Shown: piece by piece, positions 49,860 through 61,694 of the stretch
Layout of the letters: each line of letters begins with the position of its first letter
How positions within the stretch are numbered: the stretch's first letter is position 1
Source: Camelus dromedarius
Taxonomy: Eukaryota
Assembly: GCF_036321535.1 (NCBI RefSeq)
Contig: NC_087436.1
Location: forward strand, 116,624,001 to 116,688,000
Length of the DNA stretch: 64,000 bases
Direction: 5' to 3'
The notes under the pieces: model-generated
Told to the model about the DNA's origin: nothing
The model's input: the letters and a program-made list of their open reading frames with translations, nothing else
Database searches by the model: none
Program-made: the position numbers and the translations under genes

Positions 49860-50030
49860 CATGCGGAGCACTTGGCAAAGCTGTTTAATGTGTCGTGTGG
49901 GCATTTCACCAACACGCCTAAGAAAACCTCCTATCAACTGCACGGAGGTGAGATTATTCTCTCTGCTTTGCAGATGAGGAAGTGGGAGCTCAGAGAATTC
50001 CTACGTGTGACCTAGGTCACTCAGCTGGGC
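49860..50030 (-). mobile_element. MIR SINE fragment
   Basis: ATTATTCTCTCTGCTTTGCAGATGAGGAAGTGGGAGCTCAGAGA..GACCTAGGTCACTCAGCTG. Confidence 0.7.
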
Positions 50031-52469
50031 CACATTTAAGCCCTTTCTGGTGAGAACTGAAGCATACACAGGGGATGTCAAACTGACACTGGGTTCATCA
50101 AAACCAGAGCTCAGAGCCTGGCTCACAAGATTGGTGTATCTAGAAGTGGTTCTGGAAGTGCCCACATCCCTCCTTCCTGGTTCAATCCTAGAAGGGCTGG
50201 CTGTGGGGAGGAGGAAGAGGCAGAGGGCAGGAAGCCAGCAGAAACTGAGAAGACAAGCCTGAGTGCCCTCCCTGCAGCAAGGAGGATGGTCCTGCCATCT
50301 TTGCTCACCACTGCACTGATCTTGTTTGGCATGGGAGGGATGCGCTGCCTCTCACAGGGGAGCCAGCTTTGTTCAAGATCTTGTAGACACTGGAGGGGAT
50401 TTAGGCCCAGTCCTCTGAAGTCATAAGCCTGTGCCCCTCTGCTCTGCCAAGGCTACAGGCAACACATGAGCTGAAAGTTCTGAGTGTCAACTCAGCTTTG
50501 CTCTGGTAGCATCTGACCTTCTGCATGGGCTCTGGAAATAGAGCCTCCTTGTCACCCACAAGCCCAACTGCCCACATGACAGCACAGCACCAGTCCCAAG
50601 CCCTCGTCTCTTTCTGTCTCTGTACTCCAAGGTTGATAATTAGATTTCTACCCAACCCCTGGGTCCACGTCCCTATTAATTGCCCTTTACTCTCATTAGC
50701 CGCAATTTTTCAAAGACGAAGCCCTAAACTTCCTCTTCCATGGCTTCCTTTCTATCCTCAGGTAGAAGTTTCTGCTAAAACCAGATATGAAGCTTGAGGC
50801 CACCTCCCTGATGTAAGACCTAGCTGATGCTCCGTCTTACCACCTGCTAACTGGTAGGCATGGCCTGTTTTCATGTGTCTCTTATTCTTCCACTCAAGCC
50901 TTATTTTATCATCTTACACAGTTTTACCCAGCTACTAACTAAAATATGCACCAGGAAATGACACCCTACAACCTGCTGAATAAAGTCTCAACTTCTTAAC
51001 ATGCAGAGTGTGTCCACGATGATGACATGAACCCCTGACATCCACCCAGCCTCATCTCTCACCATCTCCTGCTACACATGTGATGACACAGGACCAACCA
51101 CCAAACTGCCCGGACTTCCCTGAACACACCGTTCTGTTCACCCCACTCCCCATTTACATGTCTTGAGATATTCTTTTCCCTGCTTGGTAAACTTCTATTC
51201 AACCTTCAAAACTAGAGCACATGCCACTTCCTCGAAGAGGGTGAAATCTGCCTGTCTCCTTGAGAAAGAGAATGTGTGTCTCTACTATCTACTGACAGTC
51301 TGTACAACCCCTGCTCCTTCCATGAATATTTGTCTTTCCATTCACCTGTCCCCAGAGTTCCATGCAGTGGGTACATTGATAGAAGTGTGAACTGAAATCC
51401 ATTTGACTGTTTGGTAGCTTATTCCAGGGTATAAAAATGACAGTCCTGGGGGCCCGCATGATTGTCAGACATCCTTAATAGATCGTGGTGCGCTTTCCGA
51501 CTGAGCTGCCCATGGTCTCAAAACCCTTTGTAAAGTGATGCTCCAGGCATCTACCACTAATCAATATGAAATGGAAGATGAACCTCTGTTGATCAAAAGA
51601 TTCCATGACCCAGAAGGCAAGCCTCATCCTGGGAGAAGATATTTGAAATGTACATAACAAAAGATCAGCATCCAGATTTTACATAGAATCCTGAAAATTA
51701 GGGAAAGAAAAGAAATGGCGCATTCCCTACTTTACTCTAGGAAGGAAGATTCCTGATCTAGGGGAGGGAGAGACAAGTTCCCTGAGCTTAGCCTTTGTGA
51801 ACATAAGGAAAGAGCACCACGGGGACAGGCAACTGTTTGACGTCAACAGCAGGTGTGAGTCAGGCTTGTGGCCCCTCCTCAGCTCTGCTCACCTGCTTTG
51901 TCCCAGAGCCAGCAGACTCCGGGCTCCTGCCAGCAACTGCGTGTCCTTGTGAGTAACTACCAGGGACTTCGACCTGATTTGGTTCCCCTTGACCACTGCA
52001 CCCATCAGATAGACCAAGATACTTATAGAGCAAGATCCTCACACTGGGGTCCAGAAAGGGAAGAGATTTCCGAACAAGCCCTGACGCAAAACATTTTGAT
52101 GGTGGAGAAAATCCGGTGCTTCTGTTTGTTATGGCAGCTGGGATTTGGCCATAATCTAGAAGACTCAGAGTGAATGCAGCTGCAAGTTGTTTAGCTGTGT
52201 CTCTGGCTAAATCTCGGTGCCGTCCATGGTAAGTCCATTAAATTTTCCTTTGGCTAAGCTTCCCTAGACTATGAAAAGAATTGTCAAAAAACTGGCCCCC
52301 ATGGTAGAGAACTGGAATAAAGAAGAGGGAAAGACTGAGCTGAGGGATGTCAGGAGTCCCTCAGCTGACGGGACAATGCTTTTGCTTTTGCTGTCATGTT
52401 CGAAGAGGTGGTAAGTATTGGTTCAAATCCAGAATGGTAGAACTGTAAGATTATTGGTAGACTGATAGC

Positions 52470-52700
52470 ATTGCAGGTGGGAAGATGGTCAGGCTTTGGC
52501 GTCAGGCAGCCCAGGTTCAAGCTTTGCAAGTCGTGGAATTGGGGGCAATATCCTTAATCACTCTCAAGTTTCTCTAACTCAATGACAAAACCGGGTGAAG
52601 GATGTCTCTCCACATGGTTGTTGTCGGAAGGAAATGAGATAATGCCTGGAGAATCCCACTGTGGTGCAGGCATATGGTGGATGCTCGTTGAGTAGTAGTC
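52470..52700 (+). mobile_element. MIR SINE
   Basis: GGCTTTGGCGTCAGGCAGCCCAGGTTCAAG..TTGGGGGCAA..CTTAATCACTCT..GGTTGTTGTCGGAAGGAAATGAGATAATGC. Confidence 0.75.
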
Positions 52701-53149
52701 TGTCTCCTTTCCTTATTAGCACTCCTGAAAAGAAAAATGAGAAGAGTATGTTTACCTAATGGGATCGTTGTAAAAAGCCATAGACTTAACTTTTAAAATG
52801 CACTTTAAGGAAGTAACAGGCAACATGTATTCAGAAATGACTGCTTAAGAGAATGGCACAGATATGGGGTGGACACACAGGAACGTCAGCTTTCTGGGTC
52901 CACGGTCTCCTCCATTCATTCTCTGGTAGGTCTGTTAACTTGGCATTAACATAGGGCTAATGTTTTCTGAAAAGTGATAAAAGCATCTCTGGATAAAATA
53001 TAACAGGCATCAGATAAATAAACCCTATAAATTATGGGACCAGCAAGGGACAGCACCGCACCTGGGACAAAGCAGACACCTTGAATGGATGAGCACATTA
53101 ATGGGTCTTTGGAAAACACATAGATGCAGAGCAGGGCAGGCAGCAGGTA

Positions 53150-53380
53150 AAAATAATAATCATAGAAGGTGACATGTTATCATTCATTGATTGGGCTAGG
53201 AATTTTGATATACCCACTTCCTCTATACCTAGCCTAGTGGGGGGGAAATGAATATTCTATTCCTCATTTTATGGATAAGAAAACTGAGGCACTGAGAAGT
53301 CCCCTAACTTACCTAGTATCACATAATTAATACAGAATGAGGCAAGAATTTGATTGTCTTCCAAGCAGTTCTTCTTAAGG
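53150..53380 (-). mobile_element. MIR SINE
   Basis: TATTCCTCATTTTATGGATAAGAAAACTGAGGCACTGAGAAGT..TAACTTACCTAGTATCACA. Confidence 0.75.
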
Positions 53381-54484
53381 CTGCCCCCAGCCAAGACTGA
53401 CTATGGACAGTAAAGCAGAGAAGGTGGGACATTGTCTGGAGTGCAGCGTGGCAGTGGCTTGAAGGGCATGGTGCCCAGGGCGGGTGGGAGGGGGGGTGCT
53501 GTGGGACAGGGTGCAGAGGCAGACACGGGGAATGTGCTGGTTTCAGGGCTCCTGTCATGGAAAGGGGCGGGGGTGGGGTGGGTAGAGCAGATGCTGGAGA
53601 GGAACCTGGAGATGGAAGCTGTGGCTAAAACCTGGAGGGAGGAACAGGGGGATGTTCACAGAAGACATGGACTTAGCCACAGCCATAAATAAAAGGGAGA
53701 CCTCCTGCAGATTTTTTTTTCGGCTACTCATCAGTTTTTCTGAATCTTGGGTTGTGCTTCTGAAATCTCTTGCACAAGGAATTTCCTAAAATGAAATGTT
53801 GCAGTGTTGACTGCCCTACTCACTCCCACCAAGAGGGGATGCCATAAATAACTCACATTACCCTTTTTAGGATCATGTTGGCAAAAAGATATTAACAGAT
53901 ACAACTGTCTGACACTTCAAAGAAGTGATGTTTCAAAAATAGGAGCCCATGAAGAGGCAGGGATAGAAAGCGAAAACACCTGACTCACTCTGCTTCCGGT
54001 GGCTATTTATTTTAAAGATAAGGTCCTTTTTTTTTTTTGCCTAAAGTTGCTGGCATATTTATATATATATACTTAAAATGTGGGAGATACCATTTCCAGG
54101 TTCTTAATTCATCAGTTCTCACTTCTTCTATCAGTCCTCAAAAAACTTCAGTTGTTCTTTGATAGTCTTGGCATTTCAGAGTTGAAAGGGATTTAAAGGG
54201 CATATAGTCCCCACTCAGAGCTTGAATTCTTCTCTCTGGGTGTTTATCTAATTTCAGCCAAAACCTTCCAGTGACAATGGCAACCCCCAAAACCCTGCAA
54301 ACCCACTCCTCCCACAACTGGTATTCCCCAAGTATAGCTTGTAAACCTGTGGGGGCTACACTTGCTATTAGGATGAGGAGCAAAAATCCTTAGTGATCTC
54401 CCCAAGCTCAATCTCACCACAGAGCCTTTGCACATACTGCTACCTCTGTGTACTCCCCATGTTTAGTTAAATTCACTCAAACTT

Positions 54485-55313
54485 CAGTGCTGTGTTGGAT
54501 ATAGCTTGCATGGACCCACAAGAGTTGACTACTACATTTCCAGGATTGGTTCCTTCTGGTTGTTAAACAGAATTATTATTTTTTAAAATTACATAAACTT
54601 ATGAATAAATTATATTAAAACAAAGGTAATAAATACTCAAAATTCATCATTTCCTGATTCTTTTACTATACTGCCTAATGTTTATGTCCTTTTTTCCTAG
54701 ATTTATTGAGATTTAATTGGCATATAACATTGTGTAAGTTTAATGTGCACAACCTGTTGATTTGATACACATATTGTATGTGATTACGACCAGAGTGTTA
54801 GCTAGTATCTTCACCATGTCACATAATCACCATTCCTTTTTTGTGATGAGAACATTTAAGATCGGCTCTCTTAGCAATTTTCAGGTATATAATACAGTAT
54901 CGTTATTATCACCACGCAGTACATTAGATTCCCCAGAACTTAGTCATCTTAAAACTGGAAATTTGTACCCTTTGAACAACATCTCCCCATTTCCTCCACC
55001 CCCAGTCCCTGGCAACCACTATTCAACTCTGTTCTTATGAGTTCAGCTTTTTTTAGATTTCACACATAAGTAATATCACACAGTATCTGTGTTCTTAAGG
55101 TCATTCTATGTGATAGACATGACCTTAAGAAATGACCTGTATGATGACAGTTACTGCAGTGGTCTTTCCAACTCCACATTCAGATGCATCACATCAAGAA
55201 CCTGAAAGCAGACATACAGAAATCATTTACACCATGGAAACTGGTGAATGCTACACAACCGGGCTCTTCCTCTCCTCTTCCAGAGAGCCAGTTGTCAGCC
55301 CTGCACACCACTG
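54485..55313 (+). mobile_element. MER63(B)-like hAT-Blackjack element, split by an L1MA
   Basis: Inverted termini CAGTGCTGTG..CACACCACTG; GGTTGTTAAACA, AAATTATATTAAAACAAAGGTAATAAATACTCAAAATTCATCATTTCCT, ATTTACACCATGGAAA, GAGAGCCAGTTGT. Confidence 0.85.
54691..55090 (-). mobile_element. L1MA9-like 3' end
   Basis: TTTATTGAGATTTAATTGGCATATAACATTGTGTAAGTTTAATGTG..GTGATGAGAACATTTAAGATC..CTCTCTTAGCAATTTTCAGGTATATAATACAGT..CCCTGGCAACCAC. Confidence 0.9.
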
Positions 55314-55675
55314 CTTCAAAATCGCCTCCACCCTCACTTCCTGTGGGTGCCTTTCTGGATCTCCAGTCTGGGTCAGATTCTCATGTGATGTGATATCATA
55401 AGACTGAATTCCTCTCTGCAAAGTCTTCTCTTTTTGTAATTACACATGAACAGTAAATGACACTCCTAAATATGGAGAATCTACACTTTAGGAGGACAGA
55501 ATTCTTGCTGGGTTTTGCACACAATTATTATGCCCTTGGCAATGAAATGCTGTCAAGCTCATGAGAAGTTCTCAATAAATATCTGTAAACTGAATATCAA
55601 ACTCAAATATTAGAAACCTTTAACTTGAACTGAAATCTTCAGATCTCTTTAAAAGAGAACAATAATGTATTGTCT

Positions 55676-55957
55676 TTACTATGTCTGTGAGTCTGTTTCT
55701 GTTTTGTAGATGAGTAGAAAGGGGTGGGAAGGGGTAAATTTGGAAGTTTGAGATTTGCAAATGTCAACCACTATATATAAAAATAGATAAAAAACAAATT
55801 TCTTCTGTATAGCACAGGGAACTATATTCAATATCTTGTAATAATCTTTAATAAAAACAAATATGAAAACAAATATATGTATTTATATGCATGACTGGGA
55901 CATTATGCTGTACACCAGAAATTGACACATTGTAACTGACTGTACTTCAATAAAAAA
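55676..55957 (+). mobile_element. Young lineage L1 3' end with short 5' inversion
   Basis: 55676-55715 is the reverse complement of L1 ACTCATCTACAAAACAGAAACAGACTCACAGACATAGTAA; 55716-55957 is sense 3' UTR; TSD AATAATGTATT(G/A)TCTT at 55661-55676 and 55962-55977. Confidence 0.93.
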
Positions 55958-56808
55958 TTATAATAATGTATTATCTTAACACATGAATGAGGGTTTCTTT
56001 TAGGAAGAAGCTATCTTCTTTTGAAGTAATATTGATAAGCTATTTGAAGTTAAAAAGAATGTCTAGGACTGGGTGTTAGCAGGAGGTGAGACACAAAGGA
56101 TGTGGCTAACCCCACCCACTCCCCTGTCGGTGCCGCCTCGCCCTAGCATGAGAAGAAATGAATGGGTAGCCTCATAGCTCGAGGGCAGAGGACTAGGAGC
56201 TGTGAACCATCCAGTAAGAGATCACCTATGGTTGGGTGGCCAGAAAGTGTTTAAGAGAAAAGATGTCTAATACTTTAGCTGAAGCTTTCATTGACATGAG
56301 GTAGGTAATGCTAGTCCTCCTATCTAACTATAATCAGACTATGGTGTAAAGTCCACTAGACACACAAAAGCTGTGTGTGTGCACATGAGTGTAAGCTAAA
56401 GGAAGGACTATATTTCATTCTCAAGTTGATGCCACAATTGAATCTGCATGTGATGGCAAGATAATTCATAAACTGAAATGATTAAACATATTCAGGGGTC
56501 GAGAACTAGAGGTGTTCATAATCGTGTAAGCCTGAGAATTTAGGAAAGTCTCCTTGGCAGTTGTAAGGTTCCAGCTCATGAAGCATGTAAGATGTGGGGT
56601 TGTTTATTGTTGTTATTGTTTTTCCTTAGATCTTAAGGTGCTGGAAGACTGGGAAACACTGATTTCAGTGGTGGTCTTGTTTCTAAACCTAGAAAACAGA
56701 AAGTATGTCATTTGTGGCTGAAAGTCCCCTTTGAGAAAGGGGAAAGGGGAAAGTTAGAGCCATCCAGACCTGTAACTATATCCAAGGTTAAAAATGTATC
56801 ACTTCAGT

Positions 56809-57276
56809 GTGGTATATCTATACAATGGAATACTACTCAGCAATAAAATAGAATGAAGTTTTGCTATTTGCAGCAACATGGATGGATTTAGAGGGCATTA
56901 TGCTAAGTGAAATAAGTCAGACAGAGAAAGACAAATAGTGTATGATATCACTTATACATGGAATCTAAAAAAAAAATAACAAACTAGCAGATATAACAAA
57001 AAAGAAATAAACTCATAGATGTAGAGGACAAACTAGTGGTTACCAGTGGGGAGAGGGAAGGGGGTAGGGGCAATATAGGGGTAAGGGATTAAGAGGAACA
57101 AACTATTATGTATAAAATAAACAACAAGGACATATTGTACAACCCAGAGAATACAACCAATATTTTATAATAACTACAAGTGGAGTATAACCTTGAACAA
57201 TTGTGAATCACTATACTGTACACCTGTAACATACAACTATATACCTTAATTTAAAAATAAATAAAATTAAAAATTA
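56809..57276 (+). mobile_element. Intermediate-age L1 3' end with 19-bp TSD
   Basis: GTGGTATATCTATACAATGGAATACTACTCAGC..GCAGCAACATGGATGGA..; TSD AAAAATG(T/C)ATCACTTCAGT at 56790-56808 and 57277-57295. Confidence 0.93.
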
Positions 57277-57342
57277 AAAAATGCATCACTTCAGTTCAAG
57301 GCTTTTATACTCATCCAACAAGAATTAATGGAGGATGAATTT

Positions 57343-58057
57343 TTTTTCTCTTTTTTATTTTAATTCTTTTTCTTTATTTTAGTTTTGATTGACGTGTATC
57401 TGATTTACAATGTTAGTTTCAGGTGTACAGCAAAGCAATTCAGTTGTAAGTATACACACATATACATATATTTTCTTTTTCTTTCTATTTAGATTCTTTT
57501 CCACTATATGTTACTATAAGAAATTGAGTATAATCCCTTTTGCTGTACAGTAGGCCCTTGTTGTTCATCTATTTTATATATAGTCATGTGAATCTGTTAA
57601 CCACAAACTCCTAATTTATACCTCCCCTGCCCTTTCCCCTTTGGTAACCATAGTTTGTTTCTATGTCTGTGAGTCTGGTTTTGGTTTGGTATAAATAGAA
57701 TTTGTATCATTTTTCTTTAGATTACACATATAAGTGATATCTTTCTCTGTCTAATTTATTTCACTTAATATGATAATCTCTAGGTCCATCCATTACAGCA
57801 AATGACATTAATTCGTTCTTTTTTATGGCTGAGTAATATTCCATTGTATATATATTCCACATCTTCTTTATCCAGTCATCTGTCAATGGACCTTTAAGTT
57901 GCTTCCATGTTTTGGCTATTGTAACTAGTGCCACAATGAGCACTGGGATGCATGTGTCTTTTTGAATTATTGTTTTCTCTGGATATATGCCCAGGAGTGG
58001 GATTGCTGGATCATATAGTAAGTTTATTTTTAGTTTTTTAGGAACCTCCATACTGTC
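57343..58057 (-). mobile_element. 5'-truncated L1 with 14-bp TSD
   Basis: ORF 57761-58051 gives [45 protein letters not shown] (L1 ORF2 end); TSD TGGAGG(A/C)TGAATTT at 57329-57342 and 58058-58071. Confidence 0.95.
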
Positions 58058-58245
58058 TGGAGGCTGAATTTAATGAGGAACAAGAAAAGATGGTTGGATA
58101 GGGTTTAAGACATAGTTTAAGATATATTTTGAAGATGGGATCCTCAATGGGACTTGTTAATAGATTGAGGGTGAGTAAAACAGAGGCGTCTCAAATGACT
58201 CAGATTTCTGGGTATAATACCTAAGGGGATGGTGGTATTATTTAG

Positions 58246-58268
58246 CAAAAAACAAAACAAAACAAAAC

Positions 58269-58300
<32 letters not shown>

Positions 58301-58303
58301 AAA
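58246..58303 (+). repeat. (CAAAA)n/(CAAAAA)n repeat
   Basis: Direct reading. Confidence 0.9.
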
Positions 58304-58627
58304 TCTGCAGGAACACCATGTGCAGAAGGAGAGTCTGCAGTGTGAGTTCTGTGGTGCAGTGATGAGCTCCTGCTGGAGAAAGGATGGCTATAGATGGTGG
58401 GTGTGTAAGCTCTCACTTAGGAGCTGGGTGCCCAGAAATACAGCGAGGTGCATGATTAGGGTCACACAGCCACTGCCAGTACATCCACTGGCAGTATCTG
58501 TTGGTTTCTGTTCTTCAACTTGTTCTGATCAGCATCCTGTGGTGTACTCAGATAAACTTAGAGGCTTGAGTTATATTATTAAGTGTCTATATTTCAAATC
58601 CATTTCTTTTTCAAAAGCTAATGGTAG

Positions 58628-58630
<3 letters not shown>

Positions 58631-58666
<36 letters not shown>
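58631..58666 (+). repeat. (AT)18 microsatellite
   Basis: Direct reading. Confidence 0.95.
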
Positions 58667-58669
<3 letters not shown>

Positions 58670-59572
58670 ATGTATTGGCTGAGACTGCATGTAAAAAGTA
58701 TTCCTCTGCCAAATTTCCAACATGCAGCTTTTACAAACTGTTTATCTAATCTTTCCTACTTGCAAGAACCAGATGTTAAACATTGAATGAAACATGGTCA
58801 AGCAGCTATCATGGAGGAAAGTGGGCAGAGGAGGCAGGTAATTATATTTAAATTACCTTTTTTTCAAAATTTTTAGCACTGTTCTTATAATTCAAGGTTC
58901 AAAGAACATGAAAAGCAAACCAGGAAAATAAAATTCAGATGTGACCTCAAAGTGCTTACATCATCTAAAAGCTACAGAGACCCCTGTGCCCCAAGTTACA
59001 AAGTGCCAAATGGGACAGTTAGACAAATTCAGAAGAGTGATAAATCATTCTCAGTTGGCAATGATCCAAAAATTTGAGTATGCAATACTAACAGCCATCA
59101 TAATATGTAACATGCATATGAGTTGAGATTTGTGTCCAAAAAAATGTCTCCACAGAACAATTATTTGCTTTATAAAGTGATCAAACTTGGATATATTTAG
59201 CATGCAATAAATAGGGGATAATATCACATATATACGCTGAAATTACGAGAGAGGCTACATCACAGAACAAGGACCACTGAGTAGATGATAAGTCTGCAGC
59301 AGTTGGTTGGTAAAAGTGCCTGTCTATCAAGATGGAGCCTAGACATCTTGCTTTAGGCATTAAGCCAGGTTATTTCTCAATACTAAGGTCAACTGTACAA
59401 ATGTATTTACATCACACACACAGAGTAAGATAAAATATTGCTCCACTGATGTTTCTTCCCCTCAACACAAGACCTAATTCAAAACCCATGGCATATATGC
59501 ATTCTTCTAAATACAATTTGACAAATACTGGTTTGGAGGAGACAAAAGAGAGGTTTTATGCCGGAGATGGAT

Positions 59573-59713
59573 CAGGGTTTCTCAACGTCATCACTACTGA
59601 CATCGAGGCCTGGATAACTCTGCTGCGTGGGCTCTCCTGTGCCTTTTGGGACGTTTAGCAGCAGCCTTGCCCCAAATTACCAGATGCCAGGAGCATCTAG
59701 ACTGAGAACCACG
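59573..59713 (-). mobile_element. MER20 MITE with internal deletion
   Basis: CAGGGTTTCTCAAC..CACTACTGACAT..GGATAACTCT..TCCTGTGC..GGACGTTTAGCAGCA..AGATGCCAGGAGCA joined to the terminal TGAGAACCAC. Confidence 0.85.
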
Positions 59714-60059
59714 TCTAACGCAACACGGGGGAAGGACCTTAGCAGTGCTGTGCTCATTGCTGGTCAGCTTTCCCATTTTGTCTATTTGCTTGTGCAGAAT
59801 CTCAGGTGCAGATACTGAGTGAACCCCACTCCCCAGATCTTAGTACATTATCAGCATTCGTTTAGACAAGGATCAAAGCTTCCTTCTTTCCTTCCTTTTA
59901 TCCCTCATTCCTTCTCACATCTCGCTTCTCATGTGGAGGAAGCTCATCAGAATGAGGGTCACGCTCATCAAATATTTTTGTGCACATGCATACTTTTAAT
60001 TTAAATAAATTCCATTGAACAGTAAACCTTATTCCCTTTCTTACTCTATGACCTAAGAC

Positions 60060-60245
60060 TGCGTTTTAGTATCTGTCTGTACCTCTACTTCATAACCTCT
60101 TGGAGGACTTGCTAAAATCTTGCGGGGTCACCCTCAGATTTTCGGACTCATTGGAATAGGGGTGGGACCATTCATTTGCATTTCTAATAGGTTCCCAGGT
60201 GATGTTTATGCTTCTGGTCCTGGCACCACAGTTGGAGAACCACTT
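60060..60245 (-). mobile_element. MER5A MITE
   Basis: TGGAGGACTTGCTAAAA..GGGGTGGGACC..ATTTGCATTTCTAATAGGTTCCCAGGTGATGTTTATGCTTCTGGTCC..ACCACAGTTGGAGAACCACT. Confidence 0.88.
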
Positions 60246-60339
60246 CCCAAGTTCACTTCTTCTAGATGCTGCCTAGCATCTCATTATTTGCATCCTCAGT
60301 ATGTAACTCATTCATTCCCCTCGTGATGGCTGTCTCCAA

Positions 60340-60520
60340 CTCTCTGCGCCCACAAACAGTGCTGCAGTTGGCGTCATCCTTGTGCCAGGGTGTGACTTTC
60401 CCCAGACCCATCCCCAGGAGCGGCATTGCTGGCTCATAGGCTGCATACGTGTTTTATTTTAATGAGTACTGCCTGATCACATTCCGGAATGGCTGAGCCC
60501 GGCTGTATTCCCACCTACTG
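60340..60520 (-). mobile_element. Ancient L1 ORF2-end fragment
   Basis: AAACAGTGCTGCAG..CCCAGGAGCGGCATTGCTGGCTCATAGG..TACTGCC..TATTCCCACC. Confidence 0.6.
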
Positions 60521-61377
60521 TCCCTAAATAGCTTTACCCCCACTTAACAGAGAAGGGACTATGAATCAGGAAGTTAATGAAACTCTCCCCACCGGCCCCA
60601 CCATTAACATAGCAAGTGAGTGAAGAGTCTTGGTGAAAACCCTGATCTGACTCCACCCTGATGATCATTTACAAGACACTCTTACAGCGGTTTTGAGTTC
60701 CACCACAGAATTTTCCACAACTGTCAAGCCATGAAGTGTGCTTATTTCGACTTCCTGGGCCCCACAGCCTTAAGCTGGCAGATGGGCAGTCACACTGAGA
60801 ATTTTATCAGTTAAAAGAGCAAAGGCACCAAATACTGATGAGCTCTCCACAGCCCAGTCAAATTCCAGTTTTTTTAATTGGCTGAGAATGAATCTCTGTG
60901 AGATACTCCCCCTCGTGTTCGTGCCAGCCTCAGACCTCTGCCTTGGCTTTCACAGACGGGGGCGGCTGGGACCGTGCTGTCTAAGGGAAGAGCTCCAGAC
61001 CTGACATGCTGCTCATAGACACCTATTGCTTGTGACTTAAAGAAGTTACCTTTTCCTCTTCTGCGTCTGTTAAAGTTGGTAAAACACCTTCATGGCAAGG
61101 GTCCCATTTGATCTTTATCTACCAGGCCAGGTAATGCCAGGAAAGCACTGTCATACCCAAGTGGGGAAGCATAAAAATCCCAATAGGTGATTCTAGGTCT
61201 CATGGTTTGTAAGAGGTGGAGCTGAAATTCTGACATGGGCAATTCATTTCTACTCCACCTCACTCTGATCTTTATCTCACTCTGGGCTTTGATTTTCTCC
61301 TGCATAAAATCAGGAGGTTGAAGGAGTTGCTGGTGTCTAATCTTTAATGATTTTACATTAGAAATCTTAGTTACACC

Positions 61378-61694
61378 ATATATGGGTAAAATCGTGCACC
61401 CCCTCCGATTCACGTGTTGAATTTCTAACCACCAGTATCCCAGAATGTGATCTCATTTGGAAATATGGTTGCTGTGGATGCAATGAGTTAGGAGGAGATC
61501 GTACTGGGGTAGAGTGTGCACACATGGGATGATAATGCAGAAGCAAAGGATTGCCTGCAACCCCCAGGAGCTAGGAGAGAGGCCTTCTCTTTCATTCCTC
61601 AGAAGGAACCAACCCTGCCAACCCCTTGATCTCAGGCTTCTGGTCTCCATCACTGTGGGACAATACGTTTCTATTGTTCTAAGCCATCCAGTTT
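61378..61694 (+). mobile_element. MLT1B-like LTR (partial)
   Basis: TATGGGTAAAATCGTG..ATTCACGTGTTGAATTTCTAACCACCAGTA..CAGAATGTGA..TTTGGAAATA; CCTCAGAAGGAACCAACCCTGCC..CCTTGATCTC..TAAGCCATCCAGTTT. Confidence 0.85.
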
